DNA of 37,563 nucleotides from a virus. The notes beneath the pieces are model-generated. The model had not been told where the DNA came from, did not search any database, and saw only the letters and a program-made list of their open reading frames with translations. Below, in pieces: positions 23,202 to 31,735 of this stretch; positions within the stretch are counted from its first letter, which is position 1, and every line of letters starts with the position of its first letter. The position numbers and the translations under genes are program-made. The stretch is from IMG/VR virus record IMGVR_UViG_3300029537_000007. The stretch is one strand, 5' to 3'.

Positions 23202-23684
23202 ATGTCCAAGATAGAAGGATGTTGCGTAGTGAAATCGACGAATTTGCTCGAAATTGTTCGTAATCAATCTATTTCAATCGAAAATAGTAATTTTTTACCT
23301 GAAAGAGATAATATACCAGTACATTCTTTCAGGGGGTTGATTTTAATCAAAGACCCGCAAAAAGAACTAAATCGGCTAGGAGTATCGCCCAAATTGATTG
23401 GATATTGGGACTTGTTAACAGCCATTGAACTAGTCTTAAAAAACAAATCGGCATTGACCGCTATGATAAAAGAAATCTATATTCCAACAGCAGCCAAAAG
23501 GTGCGTTGAATGGGATTGTCCCGAAGCTTCTATAAGAAAAGCAATCCGCTTGATCTGGCAACGCGGGAATCGGGATTTGTTAGAAAGGATTATGAATCAT
23601 TCCCTACCTGAGCCGCCTCCCGCGGGAGAATTTCTTGGCGCCTTTGCTTTTTACTTAGAAGATGCATCAGAGGAATCCAACTGA
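23202..23684 (+). CDS. Stand-alone Spo0A C-terminal (DNA-binding) domain protein lacking a receiver domain
   Basis: The segment LGVSPKLIGYWDLLTAIELVL...IYIPTAAKR...EASIRKAIRLIWQRGNRDLLERI...PPPAGEFLGAFAFYL parallels the Spo0A_C pattern (KGY.YL..AI, ..VERAIRHAIEVAWSRGN, PTNSEFIA). Confidence 0.65.
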   Translation: MSKIEGCCVVKSTNLLEIVRNQSISIENSNFLPERDNIPVHSFRGLILIKDPQKELNRLGVSPKLIGYWDLLTAIELVLKNKSALTAMIKEIYIPTAAKRCVEWDCPEASIRKAIRLIWQRGNRDLLERIMNHSLPEPPPAGEFLGAFAFYLEDASEESN

Positions 23685-23857
23685 ATCGGTTCCACTTCTT
23701 TTTCAAAATCAACAATGAGTTTACGCAGCGCAAGATTTACCTCTGCGTTCCTGCTTATCCCGTGATATTGGGCAATGTAATCCACTTTCGCTATGATTTC
23801 TTTGTTCGCGCGCACTAAAAATTTCATATCGGTATTATTCACAAGCCGTCCCTCCAT
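23651..23857 (-). CDS. Ribbon-helix-helix (CopG/Arc-like) regulator
   Basis: MKFLVRANKEIIAKVDYIAQYHGISRNAEVNLALRKLI fits a beta-strand plus two helices. The start may be GTG 23842 after GGAGGG. It converges on and overlaps the 3' end of the Spo0A_C-like gene. Confidence 0.55.
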   Translation of the reverse strand: MEGRLVNNTDMKFLVRANKEIIAKVDYIAQYHGISRNAEVNLALRKLIVDFEKEVEPIQLDSSDASSK

Positions 23858-23881
23858 TTTCTCTTGTGCTTAGTATACCGA

Positions 23882-23925
23882 TGTGATATACTTAATATAT
23901 CGTTGTGATATATTTTTGATATCTC
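23882..23925. promoter_or_regulatory. Direct-repeat operator candidates between the RHH gene and the 4-TM gene
   Basis: TGTGATATA occurs at 23882 and 23904 (22-nt phasing), with TGATAT at 23917. Confidence 0.45.
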
Positions 23926-23959
23926 TTTTTTAGTGATTTGTGAGAAAGGGAGCCTTGTT

Positions 23960-24373
23960 ATGGAAAAACCCATAAGTACCATCATTGTTAGAAATATTTT
24001 GGGTTGTATTTGCGGGTTGGTGGTAGGCTGGCTTGCCTATATGTTCATAGGTGTGATTTTCGGATTTTTGTTTTCCATCGAATGGGTTGCGAAGCTGCTA
24101 AGTTGGCCATCCACGCCTATTCTATATATGTCAACCGGTATGGGGGCATTCGGAGCATTGCAGGCTCATACTGTTTCGGATAAAATCTGCTTAGAAAATT
24201 CAAAGGGATACAAATGGGGCACAATTGTTGTCGGAGTTGTAATTCTCGTTTATTTTGTGTATTGCACTATAGTCAATTGGATTCGAGATGGATTCAGTGA
24301 TTTTGTGATTGGATACTTTTTTACTGCAGTGTGCGGTGTTCTTCTTATCAACGAGGGACGTGGAAAAGATTAG
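23960..24373 (+). CDS. Four-TM membrane protein (superinfection-exclusion-type candidate)
   Basis: The start is refined to ATG 23960 (AAAGGGAG upstream). Four hydrophobic helices. No family recognised. Confidence 0.55.
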   Translation: MEKPISTIIVRNILGCICGLVVGWLAYMFIGVIFGFLFSIEWVAKLLSWPSTPILYMSTGMGAFGALQAHTVSDKICLENSKGYKWGTIVVGVVILVYFVYCTIVNWIRDGFSDFVIGYFFTAVCGVLLINEGRGKD

Positions 24374-24473
24374 TAAAATCTTTTGCATTTCAATCCCATT
24401 CAAATCTGCCTATATGAAACGCTGTTTGTCTATCTTTTCCCACAGATGGATGTAAGCAGCGTTCCATATTTTA

Positions 24474-24520
24474 CCGCCCCTGTCCGCTATCCACGGACGG
24501 GGGCGGCCTCTTTTGTGTAA
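24474..24520 (+). terminator. Rho-independent terminator
   Basis: CCGCCCCTGTCCG-CTATCCA-CGGACGGGGGCGG forms a 13-bp stem (one G.U pair) followed by CCTCTTTTGTGT. Confidence 0.65.
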
Positions 24521-24620
24521 AAAGTGTTTTTGTGTTATACTTATAAAGGGAGAAGCACTAAATATAGTATCTTGTCAATTGGCAAAATGTAAAAAAATAA
24601 CGCGAATTTACAGAAAATTG

Positions 24621-24649
24621 TTGAACTTTTCCAGCGGCTGACATATAAT
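24621..24649 (+). promoter_or_regulatory. Promoter of the Panacea-domain operon
   Basis: TTGAAC (24621)-17 nt-TATAAT (24644); imperfect palindrome TTGTCAATTGGCAA at 24572..24585. Confidence 0.55.
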
Positions 24650-24720
24650 ACATTGTACCGATGTAAACATTAGTGAGATTATGTAAACTCATACCAACTA
24701 AAAAAGAAAGGTGATGTACA

Positions 24721-25149
24721 ATGACAGTATTTGATACTGCAAAATATATTCTTGAAAAAAAAGGTTGCCTTTCAACGATGAAATTGCAAAAGCTATGTTA
24801 TTACGCTCAGGCGTGGAGTTTGGTATGGGATGATGCTCCGCTTTTTGATGATGATTTTGAAGCGTGGGCAAATGGGCCAGTATGTCCTACTTTGTTCCGT
24901 GCAACACAGGGAAACTATTCGGTGACAGCAAAGGATGAAAAAGGAGATTCTTCAAACCTTTCTGCCAATCAGAAAGATACGATTGATACTGTCTTAGCAC
25001 ATTATGGAGACAAAAATGCTCAGTGGTTAAGTCAGTTAACACATATGGAAGATCCGTGGAATAATGCTCGCAAAGGAATCCCAGCAGGAGTAGGGTGCAA
25101 TCGTATTATTACGAAGGAGAGCATGGCGGAATATTATGGCGGCCTCTAA
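24721..25149 (+). CDS. Panacea/DUF4065 (SocA/GepA-like) antitoxin-type protein
   Basis: AKYILEKKGCLSTMKLQKLCYYAQAWSLVWDDAPLFDDDFEAWANGPVCPTLF matches the DUF4065 signature (KLQKLlYYaq...pLf.e.feAW.yGPV). Confidence 0.8.
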   Translation: MTVFDTAKYILEKKGCLSTMKLQKLCYYAQAWSLVWDDAPLFDDDFEAWANGPVCPTLFRATQGNYSVTAKDEKGDSSNLSANQKDTIDTVLAHYGDKNAQWLSQLTHMEDPWNNARKGIPAGVGCNRIITKESMAEYYGGL

Positions 25150-25615
25150 AAAGAAAAAAACGGAAAAGGTTGTTAAACAGAGCTATTCTCCTAATGGACG
25201 AACTGTTAGGCAAACTGAAAATCCTGAAAGATATTATAATTTACATCCGTCTTGGAATTTTAATACATGTGACATTGGAGGCTCATGGGATTTTGCAAAA
25301 GAAAGCGTTGGAGAATCTTTATGGGATGAAATTCTACCTCGCTTAAAAGCTTGGGAATCACAAACTTGGAACGAAATTTTGATTGTTGCAAAAGACCATA
25401 ATCATTCGATTGATGTCAACGCACTGAATCCTTGTGCACAGACACGGTTGACGGAGAAATTTATTGAGTGGGATTCTATTGTATCGTTACGTTTGACTAA
25501 TACACATCGATTATATGGTTATATCATAGGCTCAGTATTCAATGTTCTATGGTACGATACGAAGCATGGAGATAATTCAGAATGTGTATGTCGTTGTAGA
25601 AAAAAACATACATAA
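25136..25615 (+). CDS. Unrecognised 159-aa partner of the Panacea protein (candidate toxin)
   Basis: It overlaps the upstream gene by 14 nt and has a Lys-rich N-terminus. The C-terminus SLRLTNTHRLYGYIIGSVFNVLWYDTKH loosely resembles the YoeB/RelE terminal beta-hairpin (SRRIT.EHRLVY...H). Confidence 0.45.
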   Translation: MAASKKKKTEKVVKQSYSPNGRTVRQTENPERYYNLHPSWNFNTCDIGGSWDFAKESVGESLWDEILPRLKAWESQTWNEILIVAKDHNHSIDVNALNPCAQTRLTEKFIEWDSIVSLRLTNTHRLYGYIIGSVFNVLWYDTKHGDNSECVCRCRKKHT

Positions 25616-25617
25616 CA

Positions 25618-25655
25618 AAGCCCCCGGCCAGGAGGAATCCTGAACCGGGGGCTTT
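25618..25655. terminator. Bidirectional terminator between convergent genes
   Basis: AAAGCCCCCGG-16 nt-CCGGGGGCTTT forms an 11-bp stem with A/T tracts on both sides. Confidence 0.65.
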
Positions 25656-25657
25656 GT

Positions 25658-28600
25658 TCATCCGTTTAACAGGTCATACAACTGCATCGCCTGATACTGG
25701 CTGTATCCGGCATCTACGAGGGCGGCAATTTTATTTTTCTTCGCGCTGCCGCTTATAGTCCTGTCCGTACCGGGGACTTTATCCCCGGTCACATCCTTGA
25801 TAATTGCATGCGCAAACAGGATTTCCGCCCAGTTTGCATACTGGGTTCCATCCAGCGCGCTTGCCTCCTCCATACGTTTTTCCGTGGTCCTGCTTAAATC
25901 CGCGCCGAACAGCTCATTTTCAGCAACATCCTTTGCCATAGAATACGCATTATCCAGTACCGACACTTTTTGCTCATCCGTCAAGTTATCAAACTTGGGC
26001 ACCAGATATTCCGCAATATTATAGGACATCTGCCCCATTTCCCGTTGATAGTCGCTGTATTCCCTGTTGGTAAGGCTTTTGCTTTCGCCGTCTACCGTAA
26101 CACTCCATCCGGCTTTGCGGGGAAATACCTTGTTATTCCCGGTATCCTGAAACAGCTCCAGAATCACATTGTCGATAGGAGATTCATTTGCATTCCCCAA
26201 CGTTCCGGGGCTTACGAATTGTGCAAACGCCGCTTCACCTGTGCTGTTCTGCCGCGTGATCGGTCTGCCCCAAGTGTCATATGCCGCAGGTAGAGATTTT
26301 GATGCGCCGGGAATTTTTGCCTGCATTCCTCCAAACAGAGTGCCGAGCCAGTCTCCTTTGCTGTATGTTTGGCGCTGTACGGGGTCCACAGTGCGCGCCG
26401 TTGCCCCAACTGTAGATGGAATAAAACTTCCTGGAATTTCCTGCACCAATTCCGCAACACCGCCGGGCAGGCCCTCATAGCTTGAAAACAAATCTTCGAT
26501 GGATTTAACAGGCGATGCTTCTATCCAGGTGTTCAACGCAGTTTTTCCAGCTGCAACCGAAGCGTCGGCAAAGCTGGCGTCAGGGTTCTTCTCCAGTTCG
26601 GCCATGATCGCTGCCCCCATCATCAGGCTGCTGGCTGCGGGCTGTGCCCAATCTACCGTGTAGTATTTGTCTCCAACATGTACAGCATTCGGCTTAAACC
26701 CTTGCGTCCGCATAAATGCGGCCTCGTCCTTATCGTCGCTTTCAGGCCCTGTAAGAATCCCGGCTTTGAAAAGCTGTGCGCCTAACACCATCAGCCCTGT
26801 TCCGGTAAGACCCTTTGAAATGTCGTCAATGAACTGCGCGGCATCCGTCTGGCCTTTCACATGTTTTGCGGCGGCGGAAATCAATCCTGCAGGGCTGTAA
26901 TCCGCAATGCGCATTGCAATGTTGGCCGGGGTTTTTGTAAACGTAAGCAGAAAGTTCCCCATCCCGCCCACGCGGTTTGTTGAACGTTTTATAGACGAAA
27001 GCATTTCCGTCAACGCATTGTCATCTTTAAACGTTGCCTTCATTGCTTCGTCCAGCGCTGTTGTAATGGCCTCCGGGGGGACGTCGTTCACGCTTTTTAT
27101 CCCACGTGCTTCAATGTAGCTTGCAAGGCGGTCTCTGAAAAACTTGTCCACAAAACCCGCGTCGCCAAGCTCAAGCAAACCATAAGTAAGCTGCCGTGTA
27201 TTTTCCAGTATTCCCTTTTCGCTCGTCATGCCGGAAAACAAGTCCTGTTGCGCCGTTTTTTGAGATACTTTGTTCAGCTCATATGCTGTTTTGTCTACGA
27301 GCTGCGAAAGCCAATCGCTTTTAATTTCCCCCTTGAATATTGTTTTGTCCCGAGCGTATTGGTTCAGGTCGTTCAATGCGTTTTGCCCTTTTGCGCCCGC
27401 ACCCTGTCCCTGAAATTCATAATATTTTGTATCACCCGAAAGCACACTCCGCATATTGTCGGCAACCTGAGATGCCAGCGTTTTGCTTTCCTTGGATACA
27501 TGCAGCGCCTGCGTGGGTGTAAAATCAGGGTTTATCCGATGAGTGATGTCCTGAATCAGCGCGGATACTTTCCCGGAGGCTCCCTGTACAGGCATCATCG
27601 CGGCGTTCGCCAATGTATTTCGCACCATTGTGCGCGGATTCAACAGCATCCCAATACGGCGCAGTTCCAGCAACTTTTCATATACCGTAGCGGGATATTC
27701 CTTACTGATACGCTTGCCGACATTCTCCATTGCGGTTTCCACCGCCTGCGTGTCGCCGGGGTCAATGTTCTTGAATGCGTCTATCTCCGCATCCGTCAGT
27801 TCAAAGTCGTTCCACTTCCTGCCAAACTTCTTTGCACCAGCGGCGTTCATCGTGTCTACCTGCCGTTGGATATACTGCAACGCGGTCATGGGGTCCGCCT
27901 TTGTCAGCGCGATCACCGCCGCCTGCGAAAACTGGCCGCTGCGGGTAAGCGCAGCAGACATATCCCGCAGAACATTCACCGCTCCGGCCCGGTCTCCCTT
28001 GGCGATAAGGTCATCAGCAATCATCTTGCCAAGCGGAACCGCCGCCGGATCTGCGGTTTTCAGCATATCGCTGAAAGCGTTCCTTGCTTCTGTTTCACCG
28101 CGTGCGAATATTTCTTCTGCGCGCGCCACAGTCGTTTCATTGGAGAGCGACTTGTACAATTCCGGGTTGTCTATGAACTCCTGCTTCACTTCGGTGGGCA
28201 GGTCGCTTTTGGTCCGCAGGCTCTCGGCAAAACCGCGCTCTTTCATACCTGACGGGATTTCAGGTGCGTTCTGTGTTTGTGCCCTAGCATTGGGTTGAAC
28301 CCTTGCGCTTACAGAGGATGCCGCACCGTCCGCCCTTTCCGCCAATGGTTTCGCTGAAACCGTCTCAGAGAGGGAGGTTCCCAATTGTCTCTGCGCACTC
28401 TGCGCATCAGCTTTTAATGCTGACAAGCTGGAATTTATCGCTTCCGCTACGCCGGTATAATCAAAAAACAAATCTCCAAATACTTCCTGCGCCTCATGCG
28501 GGTCATTTTGCAATCTTCCTGCAAGCTGTGCGGACAATTCGCGATACAGCGTTGTCAAATTTTCAAGAGGCAAATCACCGTCGTACTCTGCGGTGTAAGC

Positions 28601-31600
28601 ATTTAAATAGCTCTTCAGCAAAGGGTTGATTTCCCCATTTTGACCGATCGGGTTTATCCCGCTTTCCTGCATTGCCTCCAGCGCAGGCTCGTAAAGGTTT
28701 TTCTTTACGCGTTGCATATGGTGCATGGCCTCATGGGCTGCAATTTCACGCGCCGGGAGGGACGCGTCGTTTCTTAGCAGCACCGTACCATCGCGCAGCG
28801 TTTGCGCATCCCCGTTCATAAACGCATACGTGCCGTTCACTTTTAAAATGCCGGGGCCTTGAATAACTTCAGGTATTATCCCATATTCAGAGAAAAACTG
28901 CAGCGCATCCTTTGTCCCCTGCGTGTACTCTGCCTGCACTGCAGGTATCGTTTTTATTTCTGCCTCTCCAATTCTTCTAATTCTTGCAATGTCAGCATTT
29001 CTCCTGTCTTCGAATAGTGCCTTTGCTGTCTCATCCAGCCTTCGATGAGTTTTCGAACTCTCGCTTCCTTCTCCGGTGACAGTTCTACCGGCTGTTTCAG
29101 CTGCTCCGTCGTAAGATAAGGCACCAGCGAGGCCAAAACGTCCTCCTTGTCGCCCATCTTCTTGTTGTCCATTCAAAACACCTCCATTGCGTTTATTATC
29201 CGCTGATATCACTCCTGTGTCAACATCTGCCCTCCGGTTTGCCACAGGTTTTGCACCCTGTTCCAACAGGCTGTCACGGTAGGCCAGCGCCTCATCATAG
29301 TCCATCTCAGGCAGGGCGGCAAGTTCTTCATCAGTGAACATGTGGAAGCCGCCCTCGGTTTCACTAAGCCCCAGTTTTGCCTCAATCTGTGCCGCGTCCA
29401 AGCCGTCTTGCAACTTCATCACATACACATCTTTAGGGCCATAGTTCCACCCCTCTGGTGCGTATTCTGGATTCCACTTCACTTTCGCCACGGGCTCAAA
29501 ACCCATCTTGCTATAGTTCTGCACGAGTTTTTCCCCATAGCAGTCCAACTTTACGCCCCCGTTATCCACCGCCGTGACGACCATCTGATAAGAAAGTTTT
29601 TTGCCCTCGCCTCCCGGGATGCGAAACACTGCTTCAATATCTCCATCGGCGGTAACAGCAGCTCCCGACATGCCATCCTTGCTCATAAAAGTAACGGCCC
29701 CACTGTCAGCCAATTCCTGCGGGTTTTTGGGGCTGACCATGAGGCCGTTTTTATTCTCTTTGATTGCCCTGTTAAGCTGCGCACTAAAATATTCAGGATC
29801 GGCGGTGCTGTCCACCAGTTCCTGAGTAGTCGCACCAGCACGGCTATATGCCGTCCCATCGCTTACAGGCTGTCGAAAAACTCTTTGATTTCCTGCGGCG
29901 TTTCGCCCCGCTGATATGCTGCCAAGGCTACTTCCCGCTCTGCCGGATTCAACTCCGCCAATACCTGTTCCAAAGTCAGTTCCATTCTGCGCACCTCCAC
30001 TAACCCCATTATATTCTGTTTTCAAAGTACCGTCAATGCTTTCTTCTGCGCCAAGTTTCAGCAACGCCCGTGTCTTGCTTGCCGTCTCGGGCAAGGTCAA
30101 TCCGGTCGCAGCTTCAAAGGCCGCTCTGTTTTTGCCGCCGGGCTTCAAAGTCTCGATCTGTGCGTTGGTAAGTGTATTATTGTAGAACGCATTCACCAGC
30201 GCGTCTGTTTCGCTCTGTACGGGTGTTTTGTTGCCCAAAGGAAACATGTCTGCCATGGACGGAACGGACGCTTCTGTGCCTGTTGCAATCGGCTGTGCGG
30301 CGTTTCCCGTTTCGCTATCAGCATTGTACTGATATATCTGTGAAATATCATAGGTCGGACGCGTGCTATTAAGTATCATGTTTCCGCCGCCGAACAGTCC
30401 GCCTATGGCCGCACCGCCGCCGAAAGCCTTTATTTCCCGTTCCGGGTTAAACACGGCGTTTTCGTCTGTCATGGAAAAATACTCTGCATCCTGATTGTAC
30501 AGAATCTTCGCCAGCAGATTTGCAATCACGTTTTGCTTTACTTCCTCGCTGCCTTCCTCATACATAGTTTGCAGAACACCGCCAATGCCGTTCTTGTCCA
30601 TCATGCCCTCGACACCGCCGCCTACCTCAATGCCGGAAGAGACCAGGCCGTTTGTAATGCCGTATACCGTAGCGGCAAGTTCGTTTGCGCCTGATGCTTT
30701 TGCATCTTCATAGGATGCCCCTGCCGTCCTCATAAAGCTTGACCAGAATGAAGGGTTTTTCATTGCTTCCTGTATCACGTTCGATACCGTGGAACCAGAT
30801 GCTCCGCCAAGCTGCGCAGCGTCACTCGCGCCGCCGCTCATCAATGTAAGCACAGCATTGGGCAATGCTTGAACCGCAGATTGGAACAGTGAGCCTGGGG
30901 TCTCCATCCCAAGCTCCTGATTGGTCGCAGCGGCACGTGCCTCGTAGCCAGAACCGTCATTTTTATAAAAATTCAACACATCCTGTACCGGCTTGACTGT
31001 AATAACGTCAGGAAGAATAAAATCGGCCGTTTGTGCGACGCTGCGGTTAAATCCGGAAAGCCCTGCCATTACATTATCTTTCACAAAATCGCTGTACAGA
31101 AGATTGTTTACTTTTTGCGGGTCAGTCAAAAAATCCAGAACGTTTGCCACACCTTCCGAAAGATCATAAAGTGTTTTTGTAGCAAACTCTCCTGCTTTGT
31201 CTAAAAGACTTGCCGATGGTGATTTTTCACCAAGCAAACGGGCGTCGTTGCGTCCCGCACCCGTTCTTGAAAAACTTCCACCGGCACCTTGCACGGACGC
31301 ATTTTTTTGCTGTACGTCCGGCGTAGCCTGCCAATTGAGCTGCGTAAACAAATCGTTTGCGTAAGCAATTTTTTCAGCCTCGGTCATTTTGCTCAAATCC
31401 ACAGGGGCTGTTTGTGATGCTTGATGCGTTATGGGTTGCGGTTGAGACGGCTGCGCGGTGGTAAGTTCCACAAGATTTGCAGGAGCGTTTTCTTTCCAAT
31501 CCGTTTTATCCGGATTATTCACCCCAAAACCTTTCCAACCGCTTCCGGTGTCCAGGCCACCGGTTTTCGGCCTCTGCGGTGCGGCAGTTGGAGCTGGATT

Positions 31601-31720
31601 TGGATAGAGCTGTTGAAAAATATTAGCATCGTACAACTTTTTCTTGGCTGTATTTTCAAGTTCCCATGTATTTTTCAGTGGCGCGTCCAACCAATCGTAT
31701 TGCGGGTTTCTTTTAGCCAT
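25658..31720 (-). CDS. 2020-aa multidomain (polyvalent-type) protein, probable virion-delivered internal or ejection protein
   Basis: Single ORF. A Gly-rich hydrophobic segment AFGGGAAIGGLFGGG is present. A GNAT-like block sits at about aa 631-772 (IEAVFRIPGGEGKKLSYQMVVTAVDNGGVKLDCYGEKLVQNYSKMGFEPV). An HExxH motif AAHEAMHHMQ sits at aa 996 (nt 28735..28712). A large helical C-terminal half follows. Confidence 0.6.
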   Translation of the reverse strand: MAKRNPQYDWLDAPLKNTWELENTAKKKLYDANIFQQLYPNPAPTAAPQRPKTGGLDTGSGWKGFGVNNPDKTDWKENAPANLVELTTAQPSQPQPITHQASQTAPVDLSKMTEAEKIAYANDLFTQLNWQATPDVQQKNASVQGAGGSFSRTGAGRNDARLLGEKSPSASLLDKAGEFATKTLYDLSEGVANVLDFLTDPQKVNNLLYSDFVKDNVMAGLSGFNRSVAQTADFILPDVITVKPVQDVLNFYKNDGSGYEARAAATNQELGMETPGSLFQSAVQALPNAVLTLMSGGASDAAQLGGASGSTVSNVIQEAMKNPSFWSSFMRTAGASYEDAKASGANELAATVYGITNGLVSSGIEVGGGVEGMMDKNGIGGVLQTMYEEGSEEVKQNVIANLLAKILYNQDAEYFSMTDENAVFNPEREIKAFGGGAAIGGLFGGGNMILNSTRPTYDISQIYQYNADSETGNAAQPIATGTEASVPSMADMFPLGNKTPVQSETDALVNAFYNNTLTNAQIETLKPGGKNRAAFEAATGLTLPETASKTRALLKLGAEESIDGTLKTEYNGVSGGAQNGTDFGTGIGGVESGRAGSSLGSISAGRNAAGNQRVFRQPVSDGTAYSRAGATTQELVDSTADPEYFSAQLNRAIKENKNGLMVSPKNPQELADSGAVTFMSKDGMSGAAVTADGDIEAVFRIPGGEGKKLSYQMVVTAVDNGGVKLDCYGEKLVQNYSKMGFEPVAKVKWNPEYAPEGWNYGPKDVYVMKLQDGLDAAQIEAKLGLSETEGGFHMFTDEELAALPEMDYDEALAYRDSLLEQGAKPVANRRADVDTGVISADNKRNGGVLNGQQEDGRQGGRFGLAGALSYDGAAETAGRTVTGEGSESSKTHRRLDETAKALFEDRRNADIARIRRIGEAEIKTIPAVQAEYTQGTKDALQFFSEYGIIPEVIQGPGILKVNGTYAFMNGDAQTLRDGTVLLRNDASLPAREIAAHEAMHHMQRVKKNLYEPALEAMQESGINPIGQNGEINPLLKSYLNAYTAEYDGDLPLENLTTLYRELSAQLAGRLQNDPHEAQEVFGDLFFDYTGVAEAINSSLSALKADAQSAQRQLGTSLSETVSAKPLAERADGAASSVSARVQPNARAQTQNAPEIPSGMKERGFAESLRTKSDLPTEVKQEFIDNPELYKSLSNETTVARAEEIFARGETEARNAFSDMLKTADPAAVPLGKMIADDLIAKGDRAGAVNVLRDMSAALTRSGQFSQAAVIALTKADPMTALQYIQRQVDTMNAAGAKKFGRKWNDFELTDAEIDAFKNIDPGDTQAVETAMENVGKRISKEYPATVYEKLLELRRIGMLLNPRTMVRNTLANAAMMPVQGASGKVSALIQDITHRINPDFTPTQALHVSKESKTLASQVADNMRSVLSGDTKYYEFQGQGAGAKGQNALNDLNQYARDKTIFKGEIKSDWLSQLVDKTAYELNKVSQKTAQQDLFSGMTSEKGILENTRQLTYGLLELGDAGFVDKFFRDRLASYIEARGIKSVNDVPPEAITTALDEAMKATFKDDNALTEMLSSIKRSTNRVGGMGNFLLTFTKTPANIAMRIADYSPAGLISAAAKHVKGQTDAAQFIDDISKGLTGTGLMVLGAQLFKAGILTGPESDDKDEAAFMRTQGFKPNAVHVGDKYYTVDWAQPAASSLMMGAAIMAELEKNPDASFADASVAAGKTALNTWIEASPVKSIEDLFSSYEGLPGGVAELVQEIPGSFIPSTVGATARTVDPVQRQTYSKGDWLGTLFGGMQAKIPGASKSLPAAYDTWGRPITRQNSTGEAAFAQFVSPGTLGNANESPIDNVILELFQDTGNNKVFPRKAGWSVTVDGESKSLTNREYSDYQREMGQMSYNIAEYLVPKFDNLTDEQKVSVLDNAYSMAKDVAENELFGADLSRTTEKRMEEASALDGTQYANWAEILFAHAIIKDVTGDKVPGTDRTISGSAKKNKIAALVDAGYSQYQAMQLYDLLNG

Positions 31721-31735
31721 ATTACTACTCCTTAT

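Noticed and set aside
25380-25420. The 'DHNHS' string in the 159-aa Panacea partner as an HNH nuclease motif
   Set aside because: There are no flanking Cys/His zinc ligands and no second His/Asn at HNH spacing, so this is a chance tripeptide.
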